From positions 1,612,001-1,676,000 of the forward strand of contig JAYWIR010000017.1 in NCBI GenBank assembly GCA_036172245.1: 64,000 bases of DNA, written 5' to 3'. Position 1 is the stretch's first letter. Every line of letters begins with the position of its first letter. This document shows positions 26,171 through 39,017 of the stretch, one piece after another. The notes below the pieces were generated by a model that searched no databases, had not been told where the DNA came from, and saw only the letters and a program-made list of their open reading frames with translations. The position numbers and the translations under genes are program-made. The DNA comes from Raillietiella orientalis. Lineage: Eukaryota.

Positions 26171-28401
26171 CTTCAGTTGTCTCGAGCAGTCTGCTTTTGC
26201 ATAGTGATAAACAATTCAGTCACAGTAAAAATGCAGCCCTTCCTCTTGAAAGATCGGTGAATGTCATGAGATAATCGTGCGATGCTGCTTGCGTTTCCTT
26301 TCCCATTAAAGAGAAGTTGGCCAAAATGATAGGTATCTTGTAAAATCAAACGTCTTCTTCTTCGTCTTTTTTTTGAATGTATTAAGGAAATCGCTCAGTC
26401 TATGTTCATAAATCTCTTCCTGGACCTCTAATCTAGAGTATTATGTTGAGGGGAGACTTTCGGTACATCTTCTTCTTGTTCAAGGGTTCAGTTGTCTCTT
26501 AAACGTCATTCCCTTACTGCTTATCAATCTCACTCTAGTGGTGAGATGTGTGTGATGGGATGAGATGGGACCTCCAGCTAAAATGACCCCCAGTAGCTGA
26601 CACCAGTAGAAGACAAATGTTTTTGCTGCTTTCGTTGTTAGGATTTGATTTTCATGATCCGCGTATGCTCTTTGAAGATGGGCTTCCGTCTAGATGTCAC
26701 CCTAAACTTTCTTGAAACAAAGGAAGCGGAAATAAAATGAAAATAATGTTTCACATTCCCGTTGTTTTGATGAATCCCGTATTTCTAATTGCTCGTATTT
26801 TTCGATGGTACTTGCAGATACACGGATCATGTCTTCAGATTGGGAACTGGCTTCCTGATACATTTACCTGAAGCAGAAAAGCACGGAAGTTTCAAGTTTG
26901 CGTGGAAACCGGAATCATATGAGCGTTGTGCAAAAAAGTGCAGAGACGGAAAATGCACCTCGATGGTTTTTCCATCTTGGAAGCACTGCAGCCAAGAATT
27001 GGTTTCGTGAATTATTAATTGTATTGCATCAGGATTTGGAACCCTCTCGAAGAGTGGGTTCGGAAATCTCCATTCCTAATCAGGAACGCAACTGTTGTTT
27101 CAGTTATAATTAAGGATATTTTGTCTACAAGCTAGAATAATTCCAAAGAAGAAATCGAAAGAAACTGACCATGCTCTCAGTCTGAGTTTCTGGGTCAACT
27201 TTTTTTGAGTTTTCAAATGATGGAGGCAGAAGACCTATTGAATCTCTTTTCGGCTTTTGCTTTCCTTTCACTGATTCTTTTCCACAATTTGTCTTTGCAT
27301 TTTTTCAAAATCTCAGCCACTAACCATCTCTGAATAAATATGAGTGAAGTAATGGTTGTTTGTTTGATAAGTGTCGTTCTCCGCTGTCTTAAAACAGCAT
27401 ACTTTTTTCTTTCTCCGTTCATCTCCATGCGACTTCATCTTCCGAAACTTGAAGCGAAAACTTGCACTAACCAGAAGCACACTGCTAGGAAAAAAAAGAA
27501 AAGAAAAGAAAAAAGACGGAATTCCTTACATATAAAAAAAGCTTCGGGGTGATGACCAAGGTCACTTCGAACATCCGAAAACACTTGTGAATGGCTCGAT
27601 GGAAAAAAGAGAAAACGATGCGGCAAAAAAGTGCCTGCCATCATGATTTTTGCTTTCATGATTGGTTCTCGCTCTACTTACTTCAGTCGGGTATCAAACC
27701 TACCCAAGATGAACTTCCTAATTATTCTCGTGTTTAATTCTTGGGCATCCTTAGTGTTGACAAGCAAAGGTAAGCAAATTCTCGTTTTTGGGGGGATTGG
27801 ATCGCGATTTTCTCTGGCTTTCCGTGCTTTGATAAAGTTGTGCGAGTTGGACGAATCGTCGTTTCTCGACGAAACGCATCGAAACAGCCTCTCCTGTGAG
27901 ATCGAATTCGCTTCTCACACGTTCTAGTTCTCCCGGAACAAATGTCCGCAGGAATCCAGTGTAGTGTTCCAATGAGCACAGCAATAGCCTGCACTATTAG
28001 CAGCAGCCACCCGATCACGTGCTAGCGCGGCTAACCGGGATGTTGCTGATCACGCACCGGAATGTTGCCTTCTTCCGCCTGTAGAGCTTCAAGTGTGGAA
28101 GAAAGGAAACTCCTCGAGAGGTAGCAGGATTTCTTAATCTTTAGATGGAAGCTCCCTGGAGGACGAGGTGGAAAGAAAGGAAAATGAAAATCCATAAAAA
28201 AATAAACAGCAGAAACTTCTCTTCATTCTTCAATCTTCCTGATCGCCTAATCAGAAAGGATCAGAAATTTATTAAATTGATTCTCCTTCCTCCGAAATGA
28301 TGCCATCCGTGCAATACTTGCCAACTTTCCAAATAGGTGTGATGCTCTCCGGTGATAATGGACGAACACCACTGCCCGCTTACACTTCCCTCCAGAATCT
28401 T

Positions 28402-28465
28402 ATTGAAGCTGGTGGTTTCGAATGCGGTTCTGGAGGGAACCGCATTCGAAACCACCAGCTTCAAT
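28402..28465. repeat. Perfect 29-bp inverted repeat with a 6-nt loop
   Basis: attgaagctggtggtttcgaatgcggttc-tggagg-gaaccgcattcgaaaccaccagcttcaat. Confidence 0.97.
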
Positions 28466-29949
28466 GAGAAAGTGAAATTCTTCTCTCACTGTCGTCACAA
28501 AGAGCAGTCCGAATGCTGCTATGGAAACCAAGGCAAATGGCGAAAACACTGGCAAGTATTGAGCAAAACTTGCCAGTAAACCCGGAAGAGTAGGTACGCA
28601 GACAAAAATGCATTGCATTTGTCTTTTCGCTCACCGAGGATGTCGCCAATCGTTGATTAAAGTTTGCGATTATCTGAAGTCTCACATTAGAATTTTTCCG
28701 TGAGAAACCAATGCTTGGAAGGGACCTCGATTCTGAGAGCTTCATTGCCGATATCGGCAGTGCTCTTTTACCAAGCCAGTATCACTCTCTCAACTTGTAC
28801 AAAAGTATCATAAGCAAAGCTTTGGACTGCATGGCGTCATGGAGTCCTAAGCTGAATAACGTCTGAAGTTTTTCCCGATCCTGAGCGACACGCATCGTTG
28901 TTCACGTCTATAGTCCACAGCAACTGCCGAAGACGTCGGCGCTCGCATAATGGAAGGGGACGTGTGTTGTTATTGAAACATAGCAATTCGCGTTTTCAGA
29001 TGGACTCATGTCCGAGGCCATCAAAAGCAGAGCTAGGCTATGGAGCACTCAGAAGGAAACTCGGAACTGAAAGACATGCATGGAAAGCGAAAAGAGATAT
29101 AACCAAAAAGCTTCTTCTTCCCCCCAATTCCTAAATTATAGCATCCCTTTGTAGATAGAAATAGAGAATGTGTGCTCTCAGCACGAGGTCACTATACACA
29201 TTTACGTCTTTTACTGACCCAGAGTGGGGACCAGGAAGAACTGAAACCCGTGTCGGTATCCTGACTTTTGGTTCACCCCTCCTTGCTGAGTCCTTTGTCT
29301 TTCGGTGTTGAGCCGAATCACAAATCGAATGCAGTTGAGAACTGTCACTTTCAGAACTCTTGATAAATGCTTTCCAGTTGATAAAAACCATTCGACTTTG
29401 CTTCTGGATCCAAAAGGATGGAAGCTAGAAAAAGGATCCGCTGTCGCAATCTGTCTGACGTTGGCGTAACGAAAATAGTACCGAAAAAAAAAAAAAAATT
29501 GATTACGAAATTGAATCTAAAAGAAAGATAGAAACGATGTGAGTCTCAGATTAGATTTTCCAGAAATCGTGTAAGGAATCATGGAACACAATGCAGACAG
29601 CCGAAAAGAGCACAGGGAGGTGTTTCGAAGAGCGTCTCATCAGGCGGTAATGAGGGATTTTTCCAGAATGCCTGAAAAAGGCTTCTGTTGCTCCTACAGG
29701 AAACAGATTTTCGAGGAACGGAAAGATGCACCCGTGCATTCATCGGTAAACAGGACGGAATGTCCCGATACTTCGATGCGTATTCAGGTCACACGGAAAT
29801 CGAAGCGAAACGGAAAGGACATGAAATGCGGGTTGCTACGCAAGGATTTGAAACGCGCGTGCAACACCGAGGTCTTCTTGGCTCGACATCGTGACCAAAC
29901 AAGCGGGGCGTGTCCTGTGTGCAGTTGCATGAGGAAGTCAGAATGAAGC

Positions 29950-30560
29950 ACGCGTTTGGTTTGCTCTCAAGTATACCGTGGAGCACACTGCTGGATGAGC
30001 TCGGCGAAACCGTTTGCTGGAAGAAGCAAGGCTACCCGGCTGTGCAGCTGGAAATGCATCCTGAGAAAAGGAAGAACTCTTCAATTGTTCCGAAGAGAAA
30101 AATCGGTATCTGTACGCAAGACGTGAAATTTTCAGCGAAAGGAAGCTCCTCAGAAGAAAAGATAATCCTCAGCAATGCAGGGAACTTCAGGGGAAGCATC
30201 TTTGAGGAAACATCTTTGGATCAAATAGAAAAGCGTGGAGAATGCTCCCACCAGAGCGAATGGTGCATAATTCGGAGAAAAGCGCATGCCTTTAGAAAAA
30301 TTCATGACATTTCCCATGACTTCATGGGCACCCACCGCATCCATAGAAAATTTAGGACGATGGAAACTTTCAAGCGATTCGTGAAATGATCTTGCTGAGT
30401 TCGCTGGAGATTGTCGGCCGTGAGACAACGCGATCTGAAACCCCTGACAACAGCTTCTGTGCCTGCACAGTTCCTCGCATTTTAATGAAGTCTAAAAGTG
30501 CATTTCTGCCGGTGGCTACTAGTTTTTCATCTGCAGCGGTTTGTAGAAAGAGCATCCAGA
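29950..30560 (-). mobile_element. Degenerate LINE RT remnant
   Basis: Minus-strand TGRNA, GVSDRV (cf. KAFDRV), SKGMRFSPNYAPFALV (cf. G.RQG.P.SP.LF), CIAEDYLFF (cf. YADD), in canonical order. Confidence 0.4.
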
Positions 30561-32160
30561 ACGTTTGGATTTATTGCTTCTCTGTTCGCAGAGACATTTT
30601 TCCTCAGAAATGATCCCATAAGCTCCTTTTCCTCTTCTGCAAGCGAAATTTTTTGGGTTGAACTTTCTCAATTAAACCCGAGTTGATGCATTTGTGTTGT
30701 ACCATTAATTATTCTGGAGAAAAAGTTGACGCGATTTTTTTTTTTTTTTTTTTTTTCGCTTCTACGTGTTTTTCATATCTTTCTTTTGTGGGCTTCAGTT
30801 CCCCTTAGGATCTTGAAATCAAAATTAGAATGAAATGCACGTGTTATTTTCGTTCTGAAAACTGGATTTTTAAAGGAAATGCATGCATCCCCATCACCCT
30901 TTCAGCTATGCTCATAAAAGTATGATAAACACAAAAGGAATTTAACGACGTGCAGCCATTAACGAGTAAATATCGGATACATCGATAGAAAGTCATGTGG
31001 AAAGTTTATATGAAAACTCATCTCGATCACCAGCATTCAATCGTACTCTAGCTTCGATCTCTATTAAAATGATGCAGCACGTAGTGAGACCGATCCAGAG
31101 GATATTTGGGTTGTTTGGTGACATCGTGGAGGTGTCTCGTTAGCATCGGACATTTCCTCTGAAATTCGAAGAGACTTTGAGCTACTGAGAACACTGGTGA
31201 AGAGGAAATTCTCTACGATTTTTTAAAATATATTTATATACCGTTCGGAAGAACGTGTGTGCGTTTTCGGATCGGATGTGTAAATGGGAGGGCGCGTTTC
31301 AAGAATGTGACCCCAACCAAATGCAATGAGAAAGGCAAAAAGATACGAAGAACGTTCTCTTCTCACGAATGTGCGAAATTTACGTGAAGAAGCACTCGAC
31401 ATGCCGTTGTATCAGTGCTGTCGCATTTCATAGCAACTCGCTGTCTCCACCCACCTGGATGAACTGCAAGTGATTAACTGGATTTAATCTCCAGATGCGT
31501 CCGATGCTTTTGTGAATGGCATTATCAGCTGGAGGAATTGAGGTTAGAAGTCTCGTCCGTTTAGATTTTTATTGGCTGATTCTCTAATCCTGCTTGTCCT
31601 TCAGAAAGTTCTCGAAAATAATTTCGCGAGTCCTGTGAAAGATGCCGAAGGCCAGATTATGGGAACTGTGTTTAAAGATCACTGTTTCCTTTCAAGGAGT
31701 TGCAAATAGAAACTGCGATAATGGGAGGGGGGGGGGGGATACAAAATCTGCAAAGCTCGCGGAATTGAATTGTCTCAGGAAATGTTCTCTGCAGTAATCC
31801 ACCATCTCGTGCGTGTTCGTTAAGCAAAGTGCACCTTCTATTCGTACAGCTTCACCATGATTTTCGTCCATTCCTCAAGTCAAAAGACAAGTGCCAAAAG
31901 TTAGACAGATGCCAAAGAACGCCAACATTTCATGCAGTTTCCGACTCCACCAAAATGTGCTTCTAGCTCATTTCTATTCTTGGACTGCATTACGTGAAGA
32001 AATCAAAAATATGGAATCTCTTCATGCTTGATGATGGCCAGGCAGAGATTAGTTAGAGATGGTAGTCCTACTGGAGTAGGCATCTTTCCAATAAAATAAA
32101 ATATACATGTATGGATGTAATTTCGCAATATTTTCACCAATAGAAAGCAATTCTCTATAG

Positions 32161-32412
32161 CGGCCTTTTCCAAACTTTTCCCGTGACAGAACACTTCACA
32201 AATCCTGAAATTTTAACGGAACACCTTGGTTATTTTATAAGGTAGGTAGACATTAACAATAAATAAATGGAGCAAGTAAATATAAGAGTTCAGAAAGCAA
32301 AACAAATATTTATTCTCAAATTTTAATTGAAATTTTCATAATTTTTCACGGAACACTTACTGACTTTCGGCAGAACACCAGTGTTCCGTGGATGATAGTT
32401 TGGGAAACACTA
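32161..32412. mobile_element. hAT (Charlie/Buster-like) MITE, 252 bp
   Basis: Perfect 8-bp TSD CTCTATAG (32153-32160 and 32413-32420). TIRs are CGGCCTTTTCCAAACT and, as reverse complement, TAGTGTTTCCCAAACT. Internal (c)ggaacac / gtgttccg subterminal motifs. Confidence 0.85.
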
Positions 32413-32828
32413 CTCTATAGAAGAAGAAAAAAGCGCAGAGTTGGAGATTCACAAAATTATTGATAGCTTAAGGATATATTCGATTCTACGTGGATATTGC
32501 GTGGCAATGGTATGCAAACGGTGAAATCCATGCATTTTATCGATACATTAAGAATAGAGTGTAGCTATGGAACCCCATCATTAATAATAACTGTGGAGTT
32601 GAAGCTTTGACTTCATGCAAGGCATTGATCTCATTATCTAGAGCGAAAAGAGTTGAAATTGTTCAATTCGTGGTACTGAATGTTTTTTTGTGTGTTTGTA
32701 TACGAAATCTGAAATTGAAATTTCCTCATTTATCTCTTGAAACTTTCAAAAAATCCGATCGAGCAGGTACCATCCTGGAATTGGGAAGACGAATATTGTC
32801 TAAAAGGCAGTCGCTGACAAAGAGAGAA

Positions 32829-32866
32829 GATGAGAAATGAGGTTATGAATAACCTCATTTCTCATC
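32829..32866. repeat. 18-bp perfect inverted repeat with a 2-nt spacer
   Basis: gatgagaaatgaggttat-ga-ataacctcatttctcatc. Confidence 0.95.
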
Positions 32867-34793
32867 ATTATTCCGTTCACGTATCTTCAATCACGAATGA
32901 TAATAACCCAAGGGGAAGCAGCTAGTGAATTGGAATTCTTTCGGAATACCTTCTCGTGATCGACAGAGAGATTCGCATAGAAAGTGATTGTCTAAAAATA
33001 AAAGTCGGACGCGGAAGTTTCCGAATTGATTCGACCATTTCCGAATTCTCTCTTCCGGTGGAGACCATCTGCTGAGTGCCTGAGGCTGAAATTTTCACAA
33101 TTTCGATCTGGAGCTTTACACACTTCGAATGGCAGGAAATGAAGTCAGGGCTTTTGATCTACGGAACCGAGGAGTGCGGACGAGCGTTTGGCCGCTCGTT
33201 TCTAGCGAAAACGATCAGCCAGGAAGCTGCGAACCAACTCCCAAGCAAACTTGGAAGGCAAACCGGAAGCCCCCCCAAAACTTTCAAACTTGCATTCTGC
33301 TAACAAGTTTCCGTTTTGTTTCTGTTCCTATTGGAAACCTTTGCTAAGATATGGTAAGTTGGAGTAGCGCCTTTACCAAATTCATCTTCCGGTTTGTTGG
33401 TTTACAAGCATTGTGGACGCTGTACCTCTGGAGAAGACAAGTAAGCATGAAGTGGAAGAGAAAGCTGCTGCAAAGATATCGAAGTCGTTGGTCCTCTACC
33501 ATGAATCGGTCATTAAATGCGTCTGAATAAACAAATTTGAGCGTAAAACAGTCGACTGAGAAGGAAGACAAGAAGGGATGGACAAACCTGTAGTTGTTGC
33601 TTTCGTTATTGTTCCAGGAAGGGGAGTGCGAGTCCATCCGTTCCCAAGACGCAGTTTCGAACGCTACCGATCTCAGTAGCAAACACGAAAAACCGAGTCT
33701 CAAGACCCGCTGATCAAACGTCTGGGGATGTATCCGGTGCACTAGTAGAAAGAAGCGCTCCTCATTATATTCTCTCAGTCAGCTTCAATCCAGATTTTTG
33801 CGCCAATTTGTCATCCGCAACTGATTTATCATCCGCTTCCTCTTTGAAATGGACTGGATATCGTGTTTCGTTCCATTCTTCGACGCGTGCGCCTTTGTTT
33901 GCTGAGACAGAGAAGCCGATCGAGCGCAGACACGACTTCATCAATGAAGACGACTGCATGCCTTTCCTCTTCTCGGATGGGTCCCCTTTCCTTGGTTCGT
34001 TCCACTGTTCCTAACTTTCATTCTCCAGCGGAAGGTTCGTGACTCTGCTACACGTCGAAACTGCAACGGATTCTTGTTGATAAAAGGAAACAGAGCTGCA
34101 CACCTTGTATTGTACACGTCCGTAAAGATAGGGATCGATGTTCGCTTTCCAGAGCGTGCCCGCTCTTTAAGCAGACACGTCAATCGCTGTGGTGTACTGC
34201 ACACTGAGGAAGTTCCTTTGCCTGTTTTGAAAGTCATCCCGTGTTTCGAATGTGGAAAGGAGGAAACCTTCTGGACTCACACATCTTTCGTTTCAAGAAG
34301 CACTTGTGATGTTTGCAAACTCTGCTGCTTGGGAAAACAGGACGATCCGTTCTTTCCGGACTCTGATCCCATCTTTAGGGAATTTTCCTCTCGGCAGCGC
34401 CCTTCCTGCCTTCAGCTATCCCTGTTCAGTGGAACGGAGAACGGTTCGAATGGATGAGGTCGCGTGCCTCCGGCATTCTCAGGATCTGTGAGAGACTGTG
34501 GCACCCGAGTGGTCGCGTTCAGCTCCCCCTTCGCTCTCGAGTGCCGGGATGGGTGCTCTCCAGCTCGTCACGAGGCACGTCAGCATCGACTTTTTGCAGG
34601 CAGAGAGCTTTCGCCCCCCCTACGGCGAGTTGGCAAATTAAGCACCCTGCAGCAAAGATTTTCGACAGCAGCGAATCATCGAGCCCCGTGCTAAACGCGC
34701 ACTTTCTTCTCCCCTTGCCAGAGAGGACGAAGCGCATGGTCCCGCTGCAGCGAGTCTCACACACTGACAGGTTCACTCATCAGCTGGCGTCAG

Positions 34794-37622
34794 GTGACTT
34801 CAACCCATGCCAGCCATCACCTTGCGGTCCCTTCACGCAATGCACGGTGCAAAACGAGAGGGCTGTTTGTCGTTGCCTAGACGGCTACTTCCCCAAACCC
34901 GACACCATCACTGGATGCGGTCCTCAGTGTCTTAGGTAATTAAACGAAAATTAGCAGCAAGACGAGACGCGCGCGCGCCTGTCTCTCGGTGGCAACTGAC
35001 ACGTGTCAGCTCCCTTCCCATTGCATCCGGGTGCTTGTCTTTTCCTCAGACTCTCGCTTCCCCTTCTCTCCTTTTCCTTCCCCTCTTTACTTCCCCTTTT
35101 ACGCTTTTTCATCCCACCCTCATCTCCACCCCACCCACCCTCCTTCCTTCGCAAACGTTTTCCTATCTCTAAGTTGCTGACTCTGAGGCGAGTCCCGTTA
35201 TTTGTGGTTTCGGGACTTGGCTGTCCTCAGAGGCGTTCCTCATGCTCTATCCAGAGATCACCTCCCTCCTTGTTTCTGGAGACAGCTTGCTCTGGGAAGA
35301 CTGCAGGCAGTTCCTCTAGCGGCATTTCCGAAGCCACACAAAGACGGGAGAGATCATCCGCCTCTACAGTAGCACCGACGGATGCGCGGCACAACCTGGA
35401 GAGGAACGGCGCACTGCTCTCTTCCCCCCCATCCCTCCTCCCTCTGAGGCACGAGGTTCTTCCCGTTGACCGATCCTCTTTTTTCATTTTCCTGAGAAAC
35501 GACCCCGAATCTTTGAGGGGACATCCGCAGAGCGGGCCTCCGCGTCTCTTGGGGATTCGTGTTACCTTGTTTCCTTTTTTTTTTTTTTGTCTTCTTCCTC
35601 CTCCCTCCATGGAAAGTCTCCTTCGTGACCGGCGTCGTTGTGCTCTTCCAGCAACCAGGAATGCCCCGTAGACTACGCATGCGTCAGCACGCGGTGCGTC
35701 AACCCTTGCGACAGTAGGACCTGCGGGAAGAACGCGTACTGCTCCGTCCGCAACCATCGCGACACGTGCAGCTGCTTCACTGGTCACGTCGGCAACCCGG
35801 ACATCGAGTGCCACATCAACATCCTGAGTATTCGTCCTTCCTTTTCCCCAAACGTGTTTCGGGGACTCTGGTTCCCGGAACAAACTTGTCTTTCGCAGAT
35901 CCCAGGTCTCCTCCTGTCTTAGCCAACATCCTGTCTCCGCATAGCACGAACGACCCCTGCAGTCCGACCCCCTGCGGCGCTAACGCCGATTGCAGAGCGG
36001 AGGGAAACAGGGCCATCTGCTCCTGCCCTGTGGGCTACACCGGAAACGCACTCACGGTCTGCCGCCGTGGGCAGTGCGTAGGTAGGACCCAAAGAATAGT
36101 CAAGCGAAGAGGAGAGAGAGAGGACGGTTGGGGACAAGCCGCTGCGTGTTTCTAACAGGCGCAGCAGCAGCGGGGGCATTTGCTTCCTTCTCCCGGAAGC
36201 TCATATTCTGAGTCACCTGGAGATCTGAACGCTACCTTTCCGGAGAGAAACCACTTCACCCTGAAAGTGGAGGAGTCTTGACTCTCGCGCTCCTCCTGCT
36301 TCAGCTTGTTTCCGGTCCTGTTCTCCGCCTCGCGTGCTGTTCTCAGGACCTTTCCTGAGGGGGGAGACACGGCGCCGCCCCCGAAGCCGAAGGGATGTCC
36401 CTAACTGCTGGTCTTTCCTCCGCTGCAGATCACGCGGACTGCGAGGAGTCCAAGCTGTGCGACGCGGACCTGCGGTGCGTCGACGCCTGCGCAGGGAAGT
36501 GCGGAGTCGCCGCCAACTGCAAGGCGGTGCGCCACATCCCCGTGTGCAGCTGTCCGGACGGCTACACCGGCGACGCCTTCAAGCACTGCACTCCCCTGAC
36601 CGACGGTTAGTTCCTCGGGGAAATGGCGCGAGGAGGAAGAAGGTCGGAGGAGCGTCCATCCGATCATTTTCCTCTTCCCTTCCCTCTCCTTTTTTTTTTT
36701 TTTTTTTTCAGATGACATCTGCACCCCGTTTACCTGCGCGGCCAACGCCAACTGCGTCGTGAGAAACCGTGTCCCCGTCTGCTCCTGTAAACCAGGATAC
36801 ATCGGGGATCCAATCTCGCGTTCGGCCGGCGGATGTCGCCACGAGTGCGAGAAAAACGAAGACTGCGCCGTCGAATTGGCATGCAAGGACTACCGCTGCG
36901 TCAGCCCCTGCGCGGGCGCCTGTGGGGAAGGCGCCTCTTGTGACATTGTCCACCACAGGGCAGAGTGCAAGTGTCCCAACGGTTACCTGGGCAATCCCCT
37001 CCTTCGCTGCTACCCCGAATGCGTCCGCCACTCCGACTGCCCCAGCTGGAAGACCTGCGTGCGCTTCCGGTGTCAGGATCCATGCGCCCCCGAAGTCGGA
37101 TCTTGCGGGGAAGGGGCCAACTGCACCACGAGGGACCATAAGGTCACTTGCAGCTGCCCTAGAGGATGGACGGGCAGCCCTTTCGTCTCCTGCCGGCCGT
37201 TCGAACTCCGTGAGTAGAGCAAGAGCCTTCTTCCCGAGGAAGCCGGTGCCCTGTGAACTTTAGGAGACCTGTGTGAGCCCAACCCCTGCGGAACGGGAGC
37301 AGAGTGCAGCCCGGGAAAGGACCGATCTGGGAATGACAGACCGGTGTGCCTTTGTCCGGAAGGCTTCTATGGAGACCCCATTAAGTTGTGCCAGAGGGGA
37401 GAATGCTTGACCCATGATCAGTGCCCCAGCGGCTTGGCCTGCTTCGGCTATCAGTGCCGGGACCCCTGCCTCGGGGCTTGCGGCATCCGAGCCCGGTGCG
37501 AGTTCAAGAATCCAGGCACCCTCTGCAGCTGCCCGTCCGGCTACACGGGAGATCCGTTCGTCGAGTGCGTCTACGAGCCCGCCTCCCACCGGTTGAGTGC
37601 TGGAGCCAGGAGCTCTTTCTGA
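34794..37622 (+). CDS. EGF/DPY-repeat (Dumpy-like) cysteine-rich extracellular protein, 5'-incomplete; resembles the short arthropod CG9572-type proteins often annotated as Notch-like
   Basis: Exons 34794-34935, 35652-35827, 35899-36081, 36429-36605, 36712-37209 and 37264-37622 are joined by GT-AG introns with compatible phases (510 codons plus TGA). The product has 9 EGF-like and 5 DPY-like modules (e.g. NPCQPSPCGPFTQC, ECEKNEDCAVELACKDYRC, DLCEPNPCGTGAECSPGKDRSGNDRPVCLC). No ZP or transmembrane segment before the stop. The donor at 35828 is weak. Confidence 0.92.
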
Positions 37623-38297
37623 TCCCTGAAAGCATTCCCGGGAGTGGAGCAGCGGATTGCTTCCCTTCCCTTCCTCTCCGGCATGGAGGCGAAGAGGAGG
37701 GAGGATGACGAAAAGGAATTGTCCTTCGGAGGGCACGAGGCTCCTCTGGCAAATACACGGGAATACAGCAGCGACGCCCACCTGTGACAGATACTTCCGT
37801 TTCCCATGCTCGCGCGCGATAGGGGACGGAAAAACGGGATCGGGCTGAGGAGATCTCTTCAGGCTTGCTGCAAACCGAGAATAGAAAAAAATCTGCAAAG
37901 CTCCTCCAGGTGACTGCGAGACCACTGCCAGCAGGGAATGCTGAGGACGAGAGAGTGGACATGTTTCCTCCCCGGGAAGAGTGGCATAGCAAACTTCCAG
38001 CAGGAGTGCGGAAGCAGCTATTCTTTCCCCTCACGCACACGAGACACCCCTCCCAAATCGCACCCTCTTCCAGATAGTCTTCGAAGCATCATGGACCAGT
38101 CATCAGGCCATAACTCGACGATTTTCAAGCTCCCTCGGGCTTTGAAGGCCTTTCTGGTTCTTGCGACATTGGCGGAGGGTCCTTGGAAGGGAAGGGAAGG
38201 GAAACAAAAGCTCCATTTCCAGGTTCGTTTTCCCAGCCGGCAAGTCGTGACGCTTGCGCACTTGTCCGATCTTCGGCACTCTTGTGATGCTGTAGTG

Positions 38298-38837
38298 TCC
38301 TGACGCGCCATGTTTCCTCCTGCGATGCTGACCGATGTTCCGGCTGAAATGGAAGCAGGACGTGCCTCCAGGTGCAACCGACGTAAGGAATCTGGCTTCC
38401 CGGGGAGAGAGGGACGTCCCCGAACTAGGTTAAGGTGCGGTTACGATTGAATCGTTGCCGCACCTGCTGGAGAACTGCAATGCCCTCCGGAAACTGTGGC
38501 GGAGGCTGCGTCTTCAGCGCTCTCTCACTTCCGGAGGGCGTCGCCAAGGACTTGATGCGAAGACTCTTCGCGCGCAGCAGACTTTCGTACTTTTCGACAC
38601 GCTGCATCCGCGCCACCGTCACAGCCCGGGGCACCTCAAAGGGAGGTCATTCCCCTGGAAACTGAGTACTTGAGTCGGGCCGCAAGGTGGCCTTACCTGC
38701 TGGAGGAAGTCGAGCTGGAGATTTCCGGTTCTGGGCGCCGGCACTGGTGCCCCAATCTCCCTTCCTTCGTTTATTGACCCACTTCAAATTACTCAGTGGA
38801 CAACCCGCGTCTCGGTGATCCTTCTTCAGAAATTCTT
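38298..38837 (+). repeat. Left arm of a 540-bp inverted repeat; LINE ORF2 3' end (zf-RVT-like)
   Basis: Reverse complement of 42598-43137, with 5 mismatches by manual comparison and no indels. Encodes MFRLKWKQDV...IESLPHLLENCNALRKLW. Confidence 0.95.
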
Positions 38838-39017
38838 CCTGTTTTTTCCCCGGATTTACCCTATCTCCGCATCTCGCCTCCGCGGGAGGACGGCGCCCCG
38901 TTCGGGGAAGGACAGACTCCGCGAGCGGGGTTGCGTCGTGGGTTTCGATTTCCCTTCCCCCTCTATCCCCTCGCAGGATGACTCTAGTTGACCCATGGGC
39001 TTTGGGTGCAGCACTGG

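Noticed and set aside
29595..29650. Minus-strand CTGATGAG...CGAAAC resembling a hammerhead ribozyme core
   Set aside because: Stem II has only 2 bp and no stem I partner follows the candidate GUC site.
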